Shown here: piece by piece, positions 20,038 to 30,821 of the stretch
Numbering within the stretch: position 1 is the first letter of the stretch
How the letters are laid out: each line of letters opens with the position of its first letter
Source: an uncultured delta proteobacterium
Lineage (GTDB): Bacteria; Desulfobacterota; Desulfobacteria; Desulfobacterales; B30-G6
Reading direction: 5' to 3'
Length of the DNA: 64,000 nucleotides
Assembly (NCBI GenBank): GCA_963823335.1
Contig: CAWGLD010000007.1
Location: forward strand, 320,001 to 384,000
Program-made: the position numbers and the translations under genes
The notes under the pieces: model-generated
What the model was told of the DNA's origin: nothing
What the model saw: the letters and a program-made list of their open reading frames with translations, nothing else
Database searches by the model: none

Positions 20038-20921
20038 AACAAAAATTCGACAAAGTCGGCAGGAACGACCCCTGCCCCTGCGGAAGCGGTTTGAAATACA
20101 AGCGCTGCTGCATCGGCAGGGATCCTGCGTCCCGGGAAAGCCTGGAAAAACGCTATGAGAAGGAACACCAGATTCATCTTAAAAAGGGGCTGGACATCGA
20201 AAGAATCCGCAAGGCCGGGAAGCTGGTTGTAGAAACCCTGGATCTTGCGGAAACCATCGTCAAACCCGGTTTGAAAACAGATGCCATCAATACACTGGTA
20301 CATGACTTCACCATTCAGAACCACGCCATACCCGCACCACTCAATTACCGTGGGTTCCCCAAGAGTGTCTGCGTCTCGGTCAACGATGTTATCTGTCACG
20401 GTATCCCGGGAGACTATCGGCTGGCAGATGGTGACATTGTCAACATAGACGTCACTTCGATTCTGGACGGGTACTACGCCGACGCCAGCAAAACTTTTTT
20501 TGTCGGATCTCCCGGCCCCGAAGCCAGAAAAATTGTCCGGGTTGCCAGACAGTCTCTCAAAAAAGGCATGGCCATGGTAAAGCCCGGAAACAGAGTCGGT
20601 GACATCGGCCATGCCATACAACACTATGCCGAAAGCAAAGGCTGCTCGGTTGTGCGGGATTTTGTGGGTCACGGCATCGGCACGGACTTTCATGAACATC
20701 CGCAAATCCCCCATTTCGGAAATAAAGGCGAGGGAATTGAACTGGTGCCGGGTATGGTGTTCACCATCGAGCCCATGATCAATCTGGGAGGATTATCCCT
20801 GCGCATTCTCAAAGACAAATGGACCGCCGTAACCAGAGACGGCTCCCTGTCCGCCCAGTTTGAACAGACCCTCCTGGTGACAGAAAATGGACTGGAGAGC
20901 CTGACCCCGTATGATCTGTAG
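20034..20921 (+). CDS. map: Type I methionine aminopeptidase with N-terminal SEC-C motif
   Basis: [50 protein letters not shown]. Confidence 0.95.
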   Translation: MKQKFDKVGRNDPCPCGSGLKYKRCCIGRDPASRESLEKRYEKEHQIHLKKGLDIERIRKAGKLVVETLDLAETIVKPGLKTDAINTLVHDFTIQNHAIPAPLNYRGFPKSVCVSVNDVICHGIPGDYRLADGDIVNIDVTSILDGYYADASKTFFVGSPGPEARKIVRVARQSLKKGMAMVKPGNRVGDIGHAIQHYAESKGCSVVRDFVGHGIGTDFHEHPQIPHFGNKGEGIELVPGMVFTIEPMINLGGLSLRILKDKWTAVTRDGSLSAQFEQTLLVTENGLESLTPYDL

Positions 20922-21206
20922 CAATGGAACCCCTGGTCATCTCTCTGGTACCGATTCATTCGAACGCTGTTTTCCATAGTCATATTCGTCGGCTGCTATC
21001 TTATCGCCATTGCAGGCGGATAGGTTTTTTCATCAATATCCTGAAATGTGATTGAACTGAATTGGTGCGCGCTGACCCCGTGGCCTGCTGCAGGGTACTC
21101 TTCAATCATTGTTGCCGGTATTCGTTCTTGACACAGAACTGGGATCCTAGTATCCTAATCTCACTTGACGATTTTATTGACAACCGCGATAATACCGGAT
21201 CAAGAC

Positions 21207-21893
21207 ATGTCACCTATTCTCACCCAAAACAACTGGAGTCTGCGCAAGGAGATTTTCGATTATCTCAGCAGCCAGATAGAAAAAGGTACCCTGATACCGG
21301 GCTCCCTCATCAACGTACGCAAGTTGACCGAAAAGCTGAATGTAAGTCGCACACCACTGCGCGAGGCCCTTGCCCAGTTGGAGATCCAGGGTCTGGTCTC
21401 CATCTTGCCCCAGCGTGGCGTACGGATCAATGTCCTGATGTATGAGGACCTGCTGGATCTTTTTGAAATTATCGGGGCGCTAGAGTCCCAGGTGATTTTG
21501 ACGATTTTTCATCAGATCACGGAGAACAAGATCAATCTGATGAAACGCTACAACCGGGCCATGGAGAAAGCCCTCAAACAAGGCAAAAATAGGGCTTTTC
21601 ATGAAACCAACATTCTCTTTCACCGGGTTTTTCTCGATCTGTCTGCCAACCGGGAACTGACCGTGTATGTGAGCAGCCTGAAGCTGAGATTGTTCGGGTT
21701 TGCGCTCAAGAGTTACCGGGATCGTTTTAAAAGGGCGATTATCGCAGAACACGATGTGTTTATCGCACTGCTGAGGAAAGGCAAACGGCAATCCGCTGCG
21801 GATTATCTGAAAGACGTTCACTGGAAATTCAATTATCCTGATAATTTTATCCGGCCCGATGCAGTTGAAAACAACAATACTGCAACCGTATAA
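21207..21893 (+). CDS. GntR/FCD family transcriptional regulator
   Basis: wHTH VSRTPLREAL, C-terminal N..FH and EH...H FCD residues. Confidence 0.9.
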   Translation: MSPILTQNNWSLRKEIFDYLSSQIEKGTLIPGSLINVRKLTEKLNVSRTPLREALAQLEIQGLVSILPQRGVRINVLMYEDLLDLFEIIGALESQVILTIFHQITENKINLMKRYNRAMEKALKQGKNRAFHETNILFHRVFLDLSANRELTVYVSSLKLRLFGFALKSYRDRFKRAIIAEHDVFIALLRKGKRQSAADYLKDVHWKFNYPDNFIRPDAVENNNTATV

Positions 21894-21992
21894 ATTGCAT
21901 AAGCTTCTCCGAAAGAGTTAAATAAAATGAAAGAATTATAACATTGATACATGCAAAAAGACTCACACCAAGCCGATAGAAGGAGACCGAAA

Positions 21993-23774
21993 ATGAGCAA
22001 ACAAAAAATGACCACCGAAGAAGCTTTTATTAAAGTTCTTCAGATGCATGGGATCGACAGCGCCTTTGGTATTATTGGTTCTGCGATGATGCCGGTTACC
22101 GACCTGTTTCCCAAAGCAGGTATCACTTTCTGGGATTGTGGGCATGAATTCAGCGCGGGCATGATGGCGGACGGGTTCACCCGCGCCTCCGGCAAGATGA
22201 GTATGCTGGTCGGTCAGAACGGCCCCGGTATCGCAAATTTTGTTACACCGGTAAAAACCGCCTACTGGAACCACACGCCTCTCTTGCTGATTACCGGCCA
22301 GGCTGCCAACATGACCATGGGGCAAGGCGGTTTTCAGGAAGTCCCGCAGATGGCCATGTTTGAGGACATGGTTGCCTACCAGGAAGAAGTTCTTCATCCA
22401 TCCCGTATGGCCGAGGTTCTCAATCGTGTGATCATGCGAGCAAAGCGTGCCTCTGCACCGGCCCAGATCAATATCCCGCGTGACTTCTGGACCCAGGTCA
22501 TTGACATCGAACTGCCCCCCATTATTGACTTTGAGCGTCCGGCGGGTGGTGAGGAAGCCATCGCCCGCGCAGCCGAACTTCTGTCCCATGCCAAATTCCC
22601 CGTCATCCTGAACGGCGGCGGCGTTGTGATCGGTGGTGCCATCAAAGCTTCCATAGCGCTGGCCGAGCGCCTGGACGCCCCGGTCTGCTGCAACTATCAA
22701 CACAATGACGCTTTCCCCGGCAGCCACCCGCTGTTCCTGGGCCCTTTGGGTTACAATGGTTCAAAAGCCGGGATGAAAAGTATCGCCAGGGCCGACGTTG
22801 TACTGGCCCTGGGCAACCGCTTGAATCCTTTCTCAACCCTGCCATGCTACGGTATTGAATACTGGCCAACCGATGCAGCCATTATTCAGGTCGACATCAA
22901 CCCCGACCGTATTGGCCTCACCAAACCCATCACTGTGGGAATTGTAGGGGATGCCTCGAAAGTGGCCAATTCCATTCTGGAGAAACTGTCTCCCACTGCC
23001 GGTGATGATGGCCGTGAAGAACGCAAGGCAGTCGTCAAAAAAGCCAAGGCGGACTGGGGTCTGGAGTTGGCCACCATGGATCATGAAGAAGACGATCTCG
23101 GTACCACATGGAACGAACGTTGCCAGAAGCGTGAACCGGAGAAAATAACGGCGCGTATGGCCTGGCGCGCCATCAAGGCCGCTCTTCCCAAAGAAGCGAT
23201 CATCTCTTCGGACATCGGGAACAACTGTGCCATTGGTAATGCGTATCCGGACTTTGAAGAAGGTCGCAAGTACCTGGCACCAGGCATGTTCGGTTGCTGC
23301 GGCTATGGTTTTCCGGCCATCCTGGGTGCAAAAATCGCCAAGCCCGGCGTACCTGTGGTTGGTTTTGCCGGAGATGGGGCCTTTGGTATCTCAATGAACG
23401 AAATGACTGCCTGTGGTCGTGACCAATGGCCTGCCATCACCATGATCATTTTCCGCAACTACCAGTGGGGCGCCGAGAAACGGAACACCACCCTTTGGTA
23501 CCACGACAACTTCGTCGGAACCGAGTTGAATCCGAAAGTCTCCTACGCCGACATAGCCAAGGCCTGCGGATTAGACGGTGTCCAGGCGACCACCATGGAG
23601 GATCTAACCGAGAAACTGAATACGGCCATCAAAGCACAAATGGAAGAGGGTAAAACCACTTTCATCGAGGTTATGACGAACCAGGAACTGGGTGAACCGT
23701 TCCGTCGCGATGCCATGACAACCCCCGTTCGGATTGCAGGAATTGACAAGGCTGACATGCGTCCTCAAAAATGA
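21993..23774 (+). CDS. xsc: Sulfoacetaldehyde acetyltransferase (ThDP-dependent)
   Basis: MTTEEAF.KVLQMHGI, GIIGSAMM, GDGAFG ThDP motif, RNYQWGAEKRNTTLW, ELGEPFRRDAM. RBS AGGAG. Confidence 0.93.
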   Translation: MSKQKMTTEEAFIKVLQMHGIDSAFGIIGSAMMPVTDLFPKAGITFWDCGHEFSAGMMADGFTRASGKMSMLVGQNGPGIANFVTPVKTAYWNHTPLLLITGQAANMTMGQGGFQEVPQMAMFEDMVAYQEEVLHPSRMAEVLNRVIMRAKRASAPAQINIPRDFWTQVIDIELPPIIDFERPAGGEEAIARAAELLSHAKFPVILNGGGVVIGGAIKASIALAERLDAPVCCNYQHNDAFPGSHPLFLGPLGYNGSKAGMKSIARADVVLALGNRLNPFSTLPCYGIEYWPTDAAIIQVDINPDRIGLTKPITVGIVGDASKVANSILEKLSPTAGDDGREERKAVVKKAKADWGLELATMDHEEDDLGTTWNERCQKREPEKITARMAWRAIKAALPKEAIISSDIGNNCAIGNAYPDFEEGRKYLAPGMFGCCGYGFPAILGAKIAKPGVPVVGFAGDGAFGISMNEMTACGRDQWPAITMIIFRNYQWGAEKRNTTLWYHDNFVGTELNPKVSYADIAKACGLDGVQATTMEDLTEKLNTAIKAQMEEGKTTFIEVMTNQELGEPFRRDAMTTPVRIAGIDKADMRPQK

Positions 23775-23863
23775 AAAGATGAACATCGAACGTTGGACGT
23801 TCATCAGTAGGAAGTTCGTAGAATATTCTGTATCTTTGATTAGTATAATCCTGGAGGAGGCCT

Positions 23864-25087
23864 ATGCCCACGCAGAATAAATTCGCTGTGCTGGTAATCA
23901 ATTCAGGAAGTTCATCCGTAAAATTCAGCCTGTACCGGATGCCTGAAGAAACCATTCTGGCATCTGGTGCCGTGGATCGTATAGGTCTTCAAACCCCTCT
24001 GCTGGAGTTCCGAAACAATCGGGGGGATATCCATCGCCGACCAGCATGCGGAAACAGCGTCCAGGAGGCCGTTGCAGAACTTATCGGTCTCCTGACCCAT
24101 GATGAATTCGGTGTAATAAAGACAAAAGGGGATGTTTACGCCGTGGGCCACAGGGTGGTGCATGGGGGCGAAGCCATCGCGGTACCCGTGATCATCGATG
24201 ACGCCGTCAAACACGTCATCACCGAAAACAGCAGACTGGCCCCCCTCCACAACCCTCCCAACCTGGAAGGCATCCAGGCCTGCGAACAGTTTTTCCCGGG
24301 CATCCCCCATGTGGCCGTATTCGACACGGCCTTTCATGCCACCCTGCCCGAGCATGCCTATCTTTACGGATTGCCTTATGAAATGTACAAAGATGAAGGC
24401 ATTCGGCGATACGGGTTTCATGGCACGAGCCATCGGTTCGTGGCCGGGAAAGCGGCTGTCCATCTCAATCGCTCTCTGGCGGAGCTCAGGCTGATTACCT
24501 GTCACCTGGGCAACGGCAGCAGCATCACCGCCGTGAAAGACGGTCGAAGTATCGACACCAGCATGGGATTCACCCCCCTGGAAGGCACCATCATGGGCAC
24601 CCGCTGCGGCAGCATCGACCCGGCCATCGTCGTTCACATGATGACCCGCCTCAAGATGCAGCCCCACCAGATAGACCACCTGCTCAACAGGAAAAGCGGC
24701 TTTAAAGGATTGGCAGGCATCGACAGCGGTGATATAAGGGATGTGCTCTCTGCCATGCAAACCGGCAACACCCGTTCCGCCACCGCCATCAATCTCTATG
24801 TGTACCAGATCAGAAAATACATCGGGTCCTATATGGCCGCCATGAACGGCCTGGATGCCATTGTTTTTACCGCGGGCATCGGAGAGAACTCACCGGCCAT
24901 ACGGGACCTGGTCTGCAACGGCGGTGATGGGTTGGATAAACTCGGTATCGTCCTGGATCCGGAAAGAAACACGGCCGTACCCCTCACGACGCCTGAAATT
25001 CAATCAGACAACAGCCGGGTCAAAATCCTGGTCGTCCCCACGGATGAGGCCCTTGAAATCGCCAGACAGACGTGTGTATTGCTTTGA
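23864..25087 (+). CDS. ackA: Acetate kinase
   Basis: VINSGSSS.K, GHRVVHGG, APLHNP, FDTAFH, YGFHGTSH, HLGNGSS, FTAGIGEN. Confidence 0.96.
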   Translation: MPTQNKFAVLVINSGSSSVKFSLYRMPEETILASGAVDRIGLQTPLLEFRNNRGDIHRRPACGNSVQEAVAELIGLLTHDEFGVIKTKGDVYAVGHRVVHGGEAIAVPVIIDDAVKHVITENSRLAPLHNPPNLEGIQACEQFFPGIPHVAVFDTAFHATLPEHAYLYGLPYEMYKDEGIRRYGFHGTSHRFVAGKAAVHLNRSLAELRLITCHLGNGSSITAVKDGRSIDTSMGFTPLEGTIMGTRCGSIDPAIVVHMMTRLKMQPHQIDHLLNRKSGFKGLAGIDSGDIRDVLSAMQTGNTRSATAINLYVYQIRKYIGSYMAAMNGLDAIVFTAGIGENSPAIRDLVCNGGDGLDKLGIVLDPERNTAVPLTTPEIQSDNSRVKILVVPTDEALEIARQTCVLL

Positions 25088-25106
25088 TGTCAACATTGAG
25101 GTTGCC

Positions 25107-26249
25107 ATGAAACGACGAATTTTCAAACCCGAGCACGAAATATTCAGAAAATCCTTTCGAGGCTATTTAAAAGATAAAATCATCCTTCAATACGATGAAT
25201 GGGAAAAAGCCGGCATAACCCCCAGACAGGTGTGGCTGGAAGCCGGGGAAAATGGTTGGTTATGTCCAACAGCTGAAAAACGCTATGGTGGTCCGGAAGG
25301 CGACTTTCTGTATTCCCTCATCATCACCGAAGAAATTTATTATCACGCCTTGAATGGCCTTTTCTGGTGGGTACACAGCGACATTTTTCTGCCTTACATT
25401 GAAAAATATGCCAATGAACGGCTCAAACAAAAATGGATACCCAGATGCATAAGCGGGGAAAGCATACTCGCCCTTGCCATGACGGAACCCGAGGTGGGTT
25501 CGGATATCGCCCGACTGACGACTTCCGCCCGGCGAGAGGGCGACCATTATGTTGTCAATGGAAGCAAAACCTTTATCAGTAACGGCCAGTTGGCCGATGT
25601 ATGTATCGTGGCGGTACGAACCGCCGAAACCGATCGAGCCCATGATGGCATCAGTCTGTTACTTGTCGAGACAGATAGAAAAGGCTTTCACAAGGGCGCG
25701 AACCTGAAAAAAATCGGTCTGCATGCTCAGGATACGTCTGAACTGTTTTTTAATGACTGCCGGGTTCCAATTGAAAACCTTCTGGGCGTTGAAGGATGCG
25801 GTTTCAAATACCTGATGGAAAACCTGCAACAGGAGCGGCTCTTATTGGCCATCGGCGCATGCGCTGCGGCCAGGGGTGCTTTCGATTTAACCTTAAAGTA
25901 TGTCAAAAAGCGCCGGGCTTTCGGGCAATCGCTTGGTGAATTTCAGAATACCCGCTTTAGCATGGCAGAGATGCTCACCAAAATTCAACTGGCCCAATCC
26001 TTCCTGGATGATTTGATCCCGAGACATATGGCGGGTGAAGACATCGTCAGTGAAGTCAGTATGGCCAAGTACTGGATAACGGATTTGCAGTTCGACGTGG
26101 CCCATCGTTGCCTGCAGTTTTTTGGTGGTTACGGATACATGAAGGAATTCCCCATTTCACGGCATTTTGTTGACGCCCGGGTCCAAAGCATTTATGGAGG
26201 AAGCAATGAAATCATGAAAGAGCTCATTGCGCGTCGGATGGGTCTATGA
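25107..26249 (+). CDS. Acyl-CoA dehydrogenase (LCAD-like)
   Basis: AMTEPEVGSD, NGSKTFISNG, QERL, FGGYGYM.E, IYGGSNEIM. Real start ATG 25107; the track ORF overlaps ackA. Confidence 0.92.
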   Translation: MKRRIFKPEHEIFRKSFRGYLKDKIILQYDEWEKAGITPRQVWLEAGENGWLCPTAEKRYGGPEGDFLYSLIITEEIYYHALNGLFWWVHSDIFLPYIEKYANERLKQKWIPRCISGESILALAMTEPEVGSDIARLTTSARREGDHYVVNGSKTFISNGQLADVCIVAVRTAETDRAHDGISLLLVETDRKGFHKGANLKKIGLHAQDTSELFFNDCRVPIENLLGVEGCGFKYLMENLQQERLLLAIGACAAARGAFDLTLKYVKKRRAFGQSLGEFQNTRFSMAEMLTKIQLAQSFLDDLIPRHMAGEDIVSEVSMAKYWITDLQFDVAHRCLQFFGGYGYMKEFPISRHFVDARVQSIYGGSNEIMKELIARRMGL

Positions 26250-26393
26250 ATTTCCATCAGACATGACGATACAAAATTCTCGTATGCGGCCGCTGAAACC
26301 CGGTGTTATAAAACTTTAAAGGATAAATTAATTTGGATGCTTGTTTGGTTAATTATTAGAACCCATCTGAAAAATCGATCCGGCACCGCTTCG

Positions 26394-27422
26394 TTATTGC
26401 CCGCCGGAAAGCGATTTCACACCCAGTGTTTCGATCAAGCGGTTGATGTTTGTGGTTTTGAGATTCATTCCACCCTCCGAGACCGGCAACAGTATAATAC
26501 GCTTTCCTTGAATCGCCTCGGCAATTCTCAGTTTTACAATCGCCTCGCCACCTGATCCGGCAAGCGCATTGTTCATTTCCTGGATTCCGGTCGCTTCTGC
26601 AATGCCTTCTGCCTGGATGGCTTTGGCGAGAAGCTGTTGCTGTTCCTGGTATACATCTGCCTCGATCTTGTCCTTGAGGTATTGACCGTCGGCATCCGCC
26701 ACCATCTTGTTGACTTCGCCACGGGCTTCTTCCAGTTTTCGCTTGTATTCCTCTGCAGCGGCGTGCTGGGCCGACTTGTTCTTCTCCACCTGCTGATCAG
26801 CCACTTTCTTGTCCTCGATGGCTTTCTGATACTCGGGGTTGAAACGATAATCATTGGTCAGCACTTTCTCCACGACGATACCCATGGGCCCTAAGATCTC
26901 CTGAAGCGCCTCCTTGGCCTTGATCGCCTGGGCCTCCCGAGCATCGGCCACATAGAAGGCTTCCGTTTTAAGTTCGCCGAAAATGTCTCTCGGCTTGCTG
27001 CGGGCCACGGTTCGGACAATTTTATCCCGCAGGGTTGCGTCATTGCGGGCCACGTACTGGAGGATGTGGGGAGCCATCTTCGCATCGATGCGGTAGGCGA
27101 TGATCACATCCAGGCTGATGTCGTTGCCGTCAATGGTTTTGAGTACCAGATCATCTCTGGATTTGCGGTCTCCCCGCACTTGCGAATATGTCATCTCAAG
27201 ATTCTGCAGTTTGGTGTCAAAAACATCCCAGTCATTGATAAACGGCAGAAAAAAATAGGTGGCTCCCGGAGCGTAGGACCGGTCCTCAACGCCCTTTGGT
27301 CCGAAAAAAGCCATTTTACGGGTCCTGACCCCCACCTCTGTCTCCCCGGTGGTATGGGGGACACAACCGGCCACGGTTAACAGGGCCAGCAATATCACAA
27401 TCCAGTAAAAAAAGTGTTTCAT
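26394..27422 (-). CDS. SPFH/prohibitin-domain protein, possible lipoprotein
   Basis: Signal ending VAGC, band-7-like core, coiled-coil EA-rich C-terminal half. Confidence 0.82.
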   Translation of the reverse strand: MKHFFYWIVILLALLTVAGCVPHTTGETEVGVRTRKMAFFGPKGVEDRSYAPGATYFFLPFINDWDVFDTKLQNLEMTYSQVRGDRKSRDDLVLKTIDGNDISLDVIIAYRIDAKMAPHILQYVARNDATLRDKIVRTVARSKPRDIFGELKTEAFYVADAREAQAIKAKEALQEILGPMGIVVEKVLTNDYRFNPEYQKAIEDKKVADQQVEKNKSAQHAAAEEYKRKLEEARGEVNKMVADADGQYLKDKIEADVYQEQQQLLAKAIQAEGIAEATGIQEMNNALAGSGGEAIVKLRIAEAIQGKRIILLPVSEGGMNLKTTNINRLIETLGVKSLSGGQ

Positions 27423-28519
27423 TTGCCGTCTCCTTTGCGAACATCGAATAATTGCAGGGTGTTGTCCAAATTCAGCGGGTTGACCCCGTCCGGACCGTCA
27501 CTGGGCAGGATGATCACCTCGAGCCCCTGGTAGGCATCGGCCATTTTCAGACCCACCATCCGTTCGGAGCCGATCCCTTTCAGGGCCTCGTTTTTAAGGC
27601 GTACGCGTTCCGCTTCTGCCAGCTTCACCAGAAGGTCGGCTTCTGCTTTTTTCTTGCGAACGTAAAAATCCTTTTCAGCCATCTTGCGGGTGACATAGGC
27701 TTTGCCCTTTTCGAGCTCAACAGCGGCGATGACCATACCTTCTTGCACGATTTTCTTCAATTCGGCTTCTTCCTTGGCCGCACGGGCCGCCGCCTGATTG
27801 GTGAACACCATCTGGTCCTGGAGTTTTTTTTCTTCGATGTTTTTCTGGATTTCTTTACTGTATATAAAATAGCGAACCAGCACCTGGTCTACCTCGAGAC
27901 CTTTTAAATTCAATTCTTTGTTGAGCCGTTGCTTGGCCTCTTCCGCTTTTTGGACTCGCATGGGGCTGTTATAAAATTCCTCGGTGGTCAGCTTACCCAG
28001 GGTCTCCTTGAGAGCCGGCTCTGCCTTGGGAATAATGCCGTTGTCTTCAAAAAGGGTTCCAGGACCGATGGTGGTAAAAACCATGTAGGGGTCCTTGATG
28101 TGGTAAAGAAAAGAAACGTCCACATCGACAAAAAAGCCATCCGATGTCTGAATGTGTGCCGCCCGGTCTTTGCGCGCCATCGCTGCGGCAGTATCGGGAA
28201 AATTGGTCAACTCCAGCACCTGAATGCCCTTGGGGAGCTGGTACATCTGCTGCAGCCCGAAGGGTAAAACAAACGTCAGGCCCGCCGGATAGATCTTTTT
28301 CTGAACGCCGCGGTTTATTCCGACTCTGGCCACCTTGATCCCGTATTTGTCCGGCTGCACATAAACGAAAAAGAGATTAAAGCCGATAACTATCAGCACG
28401 ATCACCACAATGAAGATCTTAACGCTGCCGGCCAGCCGGAGATTGAGCCGGGGAAACTTGAATCTTCCTATCCATTCATTGATGTTCGATGACATCTTGT
28501 CCATCGGGTCATTCTCCAT
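27419..28519 (-). CDS. SPFH/band-7-domain membrane protein
   Basis: TM anchor, TSDG..V.VDV motif, coiled coil. ATGA overlap with the next gene. Confidence 0.82.
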   Translation of the reverse strand: MENDPMDKMSSNINEWIGRFKFPRLNLRLAGSVKIFIVVIVLIVIGFNLFFVYVQPDKYGIKVARVGINRGVQKKIYPAGLTFVLPFGLQQMYQLPKGIQVLELTNFPDTAAAMARKDRAAHIQTSDGFFVDVDVSFLYHIKDPYMVFTTIGPGTLFEDNGIIPKAEPALKETLGKLTTEEFYNSPMRVQKAEEAKQRLNKELNLKGLEVDQVLVRYFIYSKEIQKNIEEKKLQDQMVFTNQAAARAAKEEAELKKIVQEGMVIAAVELEKGKAYVTRKMAEKDFYVRKKKAEADLLVKLAEAERVRLKNEALKGIGSERMVGLKMADAYQGLEVIILPSDGPDGVNPLNLDNTLQLFDVRKGDGK

Positions 28520-28709
28520 GATCCATTTCTCCTTTCAAATCGTATCGCCTCGACTGACGAGGTTGATGGGTGTCTTATCGTTTGTTTCTCCTGAGGGAAT
28601 GCGCTCGCTGTTTCGGTTCATTTCTTGATGGATTGATAGGATCATACAAGATGCATCGGGATCGATCAATAGCGTAACGTGACATCATTGCACGATAGAG
28701 CAGCCATGG

Positions 28710-29576
28710 CTACCCGAGTATCGGCCGGATCCATGCCGTCACCAACACAACGACCACACAGGCGAGCGCTCCAAACTGAATTCGCCACGCGAAGGGATAT
28801 CGGACCAACCGGTAATAGACGAGCCCCAGAGCCACACCCGACAAAAAGCCGAACAGATGGGCCATGATGTCCGTGTGGCTGGACGACCCTAAAAATGCCA
28901 GGAGAGCCAGACCGGCCCCCAAGGGCAGCAGGACCTGAAATCGGGAAAACGGTGTGTGTATTTTTTTCAGGAACTGGTAGGAAGACAGAAGACCCAGGGC
29001 GCCGAAAACGGCGGTGGATGCACCGATGGAGCTGTGGCCGTACCCATACGCATAGGCATTGATGAGATTGCCGGATATGCCGGAGGCAAGAATCAGCAGC
29101 CACCCCACCCCCCATCCAGTAATGGAACAGACCGCCGTGGCAAAAATTGCCATTCCCGCCAGATTCCCTGCCAGGTGCAGACTGTCTGCGTGAAGAAGCA
29201 GTGCTGTGGCGCAGCGGTACCATTCACCATTGACAACAAGGCCTGCGGACGATCCATACAACCTGTGCAACAGACCGGCATCATTCCCCGCCAGCGTAAG
29301 GCCTATATGCAGGACCAGCAGAACGAACACACCCCCTGCACCTGACCAGGTTCTTGGGTACGTCTCCCCAAGAGATTTTTTTGAGGTTTTGAAGCCCTTG
29401 TTCTCCTCCAGATAGGTTTTCAACAGGCTTTCAGCCACTTCCGATGCATCTTCCGCAACCCACAGTGCCCAGTCCTTTTCCCCTCGCCGGATCTCATGGT
29501 CTATCCCCGAGGACAAAAGAACGAGTCCAAAAGTGTCTGCCTGTTCTCTGCTTAGATTGCCGAGAAGGATCTGCAT
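28710..29576 (-). CDS. Rhomboid family intramembrane serine protease
   Basis: W.R..TALLLH, HLAGN, GAS catalytic Ser, AHLFG catalytic His. Confidence 0.9.
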   Translation of the reverse strand: MQILLGNLSREQADTFGLVLLSSGIDHEIRRGEKDWALWVAEDASEVAESLLKTYLEENKGFKTSKKSLGETYPRTWSGAGGVFVLLVLHIGLTLAGNDAGLLHRLYGSSAGLVVNGEWYRCATALLLHADSLHLAGNLAGMAIFATAVCSITGWGVGWLLILASGISGNLINAYAYGYGHSSIGASTAVFGALGLLSSYQFLKKIHTPFSRFQVLLPLGAGLALLAFLGSSSHTDIMAHLFGFLSGVALGLVYYRLVRYPFAWRIQFGALACVVVVLVTAWIRPILG

Positions 29577-29613
29577 GCCGCTCCCCTCTTCGCACTGCTT
29601 CAGCACTTCGATA

Positions 29614-29660
29614 TTGAAGAACCTCGCAGTAAGCTACGAGGAATGTGCTCGCTTTTTCGG
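29614..29660 (-). mobile_element. 47-bp PATE-like element
   Basis: Reverse copy of 13571-13617, with the TTGAA target (TTCAA at 29661-29665). Confidence 0.72.
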
Positions 29661-29713
29661 TTCAATATTCCTTGTTCGACATTCTGCGGTTCAATAAAAT
29701 ATCCAACTGCCGA

Positions 29714-30697
29714 TTATAGACCGTGTCCTTCATTCAACCAGCAAGCCACCCTATGACCCACAGCAATTTCGACAAGTTTTGGCCGCTCCACCCGACAGCG
29801 GTCAAAACAATACGGGCATCGCGTATGAAACAAGCAGCCGGAAGGCGGGTCCACCGGGCTGGGAATCTCTCCCTCCAGAGCAACGGGTAACTGTTTTCGG
29901 TGTGGATCCGGTATGGGGACTGCGGAAACAAGCGCCGCTGTATAGGGGTGCCGCTGGTTGCTGTCGAACATGCTGGACGACGCCATCTCCACGATAACAC
30001 CCAGATACATGACGGCAACACGTTCACACATGTGACTGACGACACTCAAATCATGGGAAATGATCAGACTGGAAAAATCGAATGACGTCTTGAGGTCTGC
30101 CAGAAGATTCAACACCTGGGCCTGAATGGACATATCGAGGGCGCTCACCGGTTCATCGGCAACAATCAGACTCGGGTTGAGACAAAGAGCCCTGGCAATA
30201 CCGATACGTTGCCGCTCACCGCCTGAGAAAGCATGGGGGTACTTATCCAGATCAGCCGCCTTCAGACCGACCTTTTCCAGCAGGTTCACCGCCCTGGCGC
30301 GAAGTTCCTGCCTGCCGACCTTCTGAAACGCGCGCAGGGGCTCCGTAACGATCGACGCCACCGTCATCCTTGGATCCAGGCTCGCGTGGGGATCCTGAAA
30401 AACCATCTGTACATCCCGGCGAAGAGGTCGCATCTCTCTTCGATTCAACCGGGTAATTTCAACACCATTGAGCCGGATTTCACCGGAAGTAGGCTCCAGC
30501 AACCGGAGTATGATGCGCCCCAAGGTGGTTTTACCGCAGCCGGATTCCCCCACCAGACCGAAATTTTCACCTTTGTGTATCTGGAAAGAGACACCATCGA
30601 TGGCTTTTATCCAGGATTTCGGCTTTGACCAGAGACCCGTCGCCACAGGAAAGTATTTAACGATATCCTGAACGTCAAGTAGGGGCTTTTGTGGCAT
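29714..30697 (-). CDS. Dipeptide/oligopeptide ABC transporter ATP-binding subunit (DppF/OppF)
   Basis: GESGCGKT, FSGGERQR, DEPVSALD, HPYT, C.FHTRC. Confidence 0.93.
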   Translation of the reverse strand: MPQKPLLDVQDIVKYFPVATGLWSKPKSWIKAIDGVSFQIHKGENFGLVGESGCGKTTLGRIILRLLEPTSGEIRLNGVEITRLNRREMRPLRRDVQMVFQDPHASLDPRMTVASIVTEPLRAFQKVGRQELRARAVNLLEKVGLKAADLDKYPHAFSGGERQRIGIARALCLNPSLIVADEPVSALDMSIQAQVLNLLADLKTSFDFSSLIISHDLSVVSHMCERVAVMYLGVIVEMASSSMFDSNQRHPYTAALVSAVPIPDPHRKQLPVALEGEIPSPVDPPSGCLFHTRCPYCFDRCRVERPKLVEIAVGHRVACWLNEGHGL

Positions 30698-30821
30698 GTC
30701 AGTTATGTTCCTTCCTATAACATATAGCCTTTTAGGGGGTTGGACTGTAGGCTATAGGCCGCTTATTGCCGATAGATTTTTACTCTCGAACCCTTGTATC
30801 ACCCTCGGACCCTGGACCCTG

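Noticed and set aside
24855-25106. N-terminal extension of the acyl-CoA dehydrogenase
   Set aside because: Overlaps ackA; ATG 25107 has a GAGG RBS and gives normal length.
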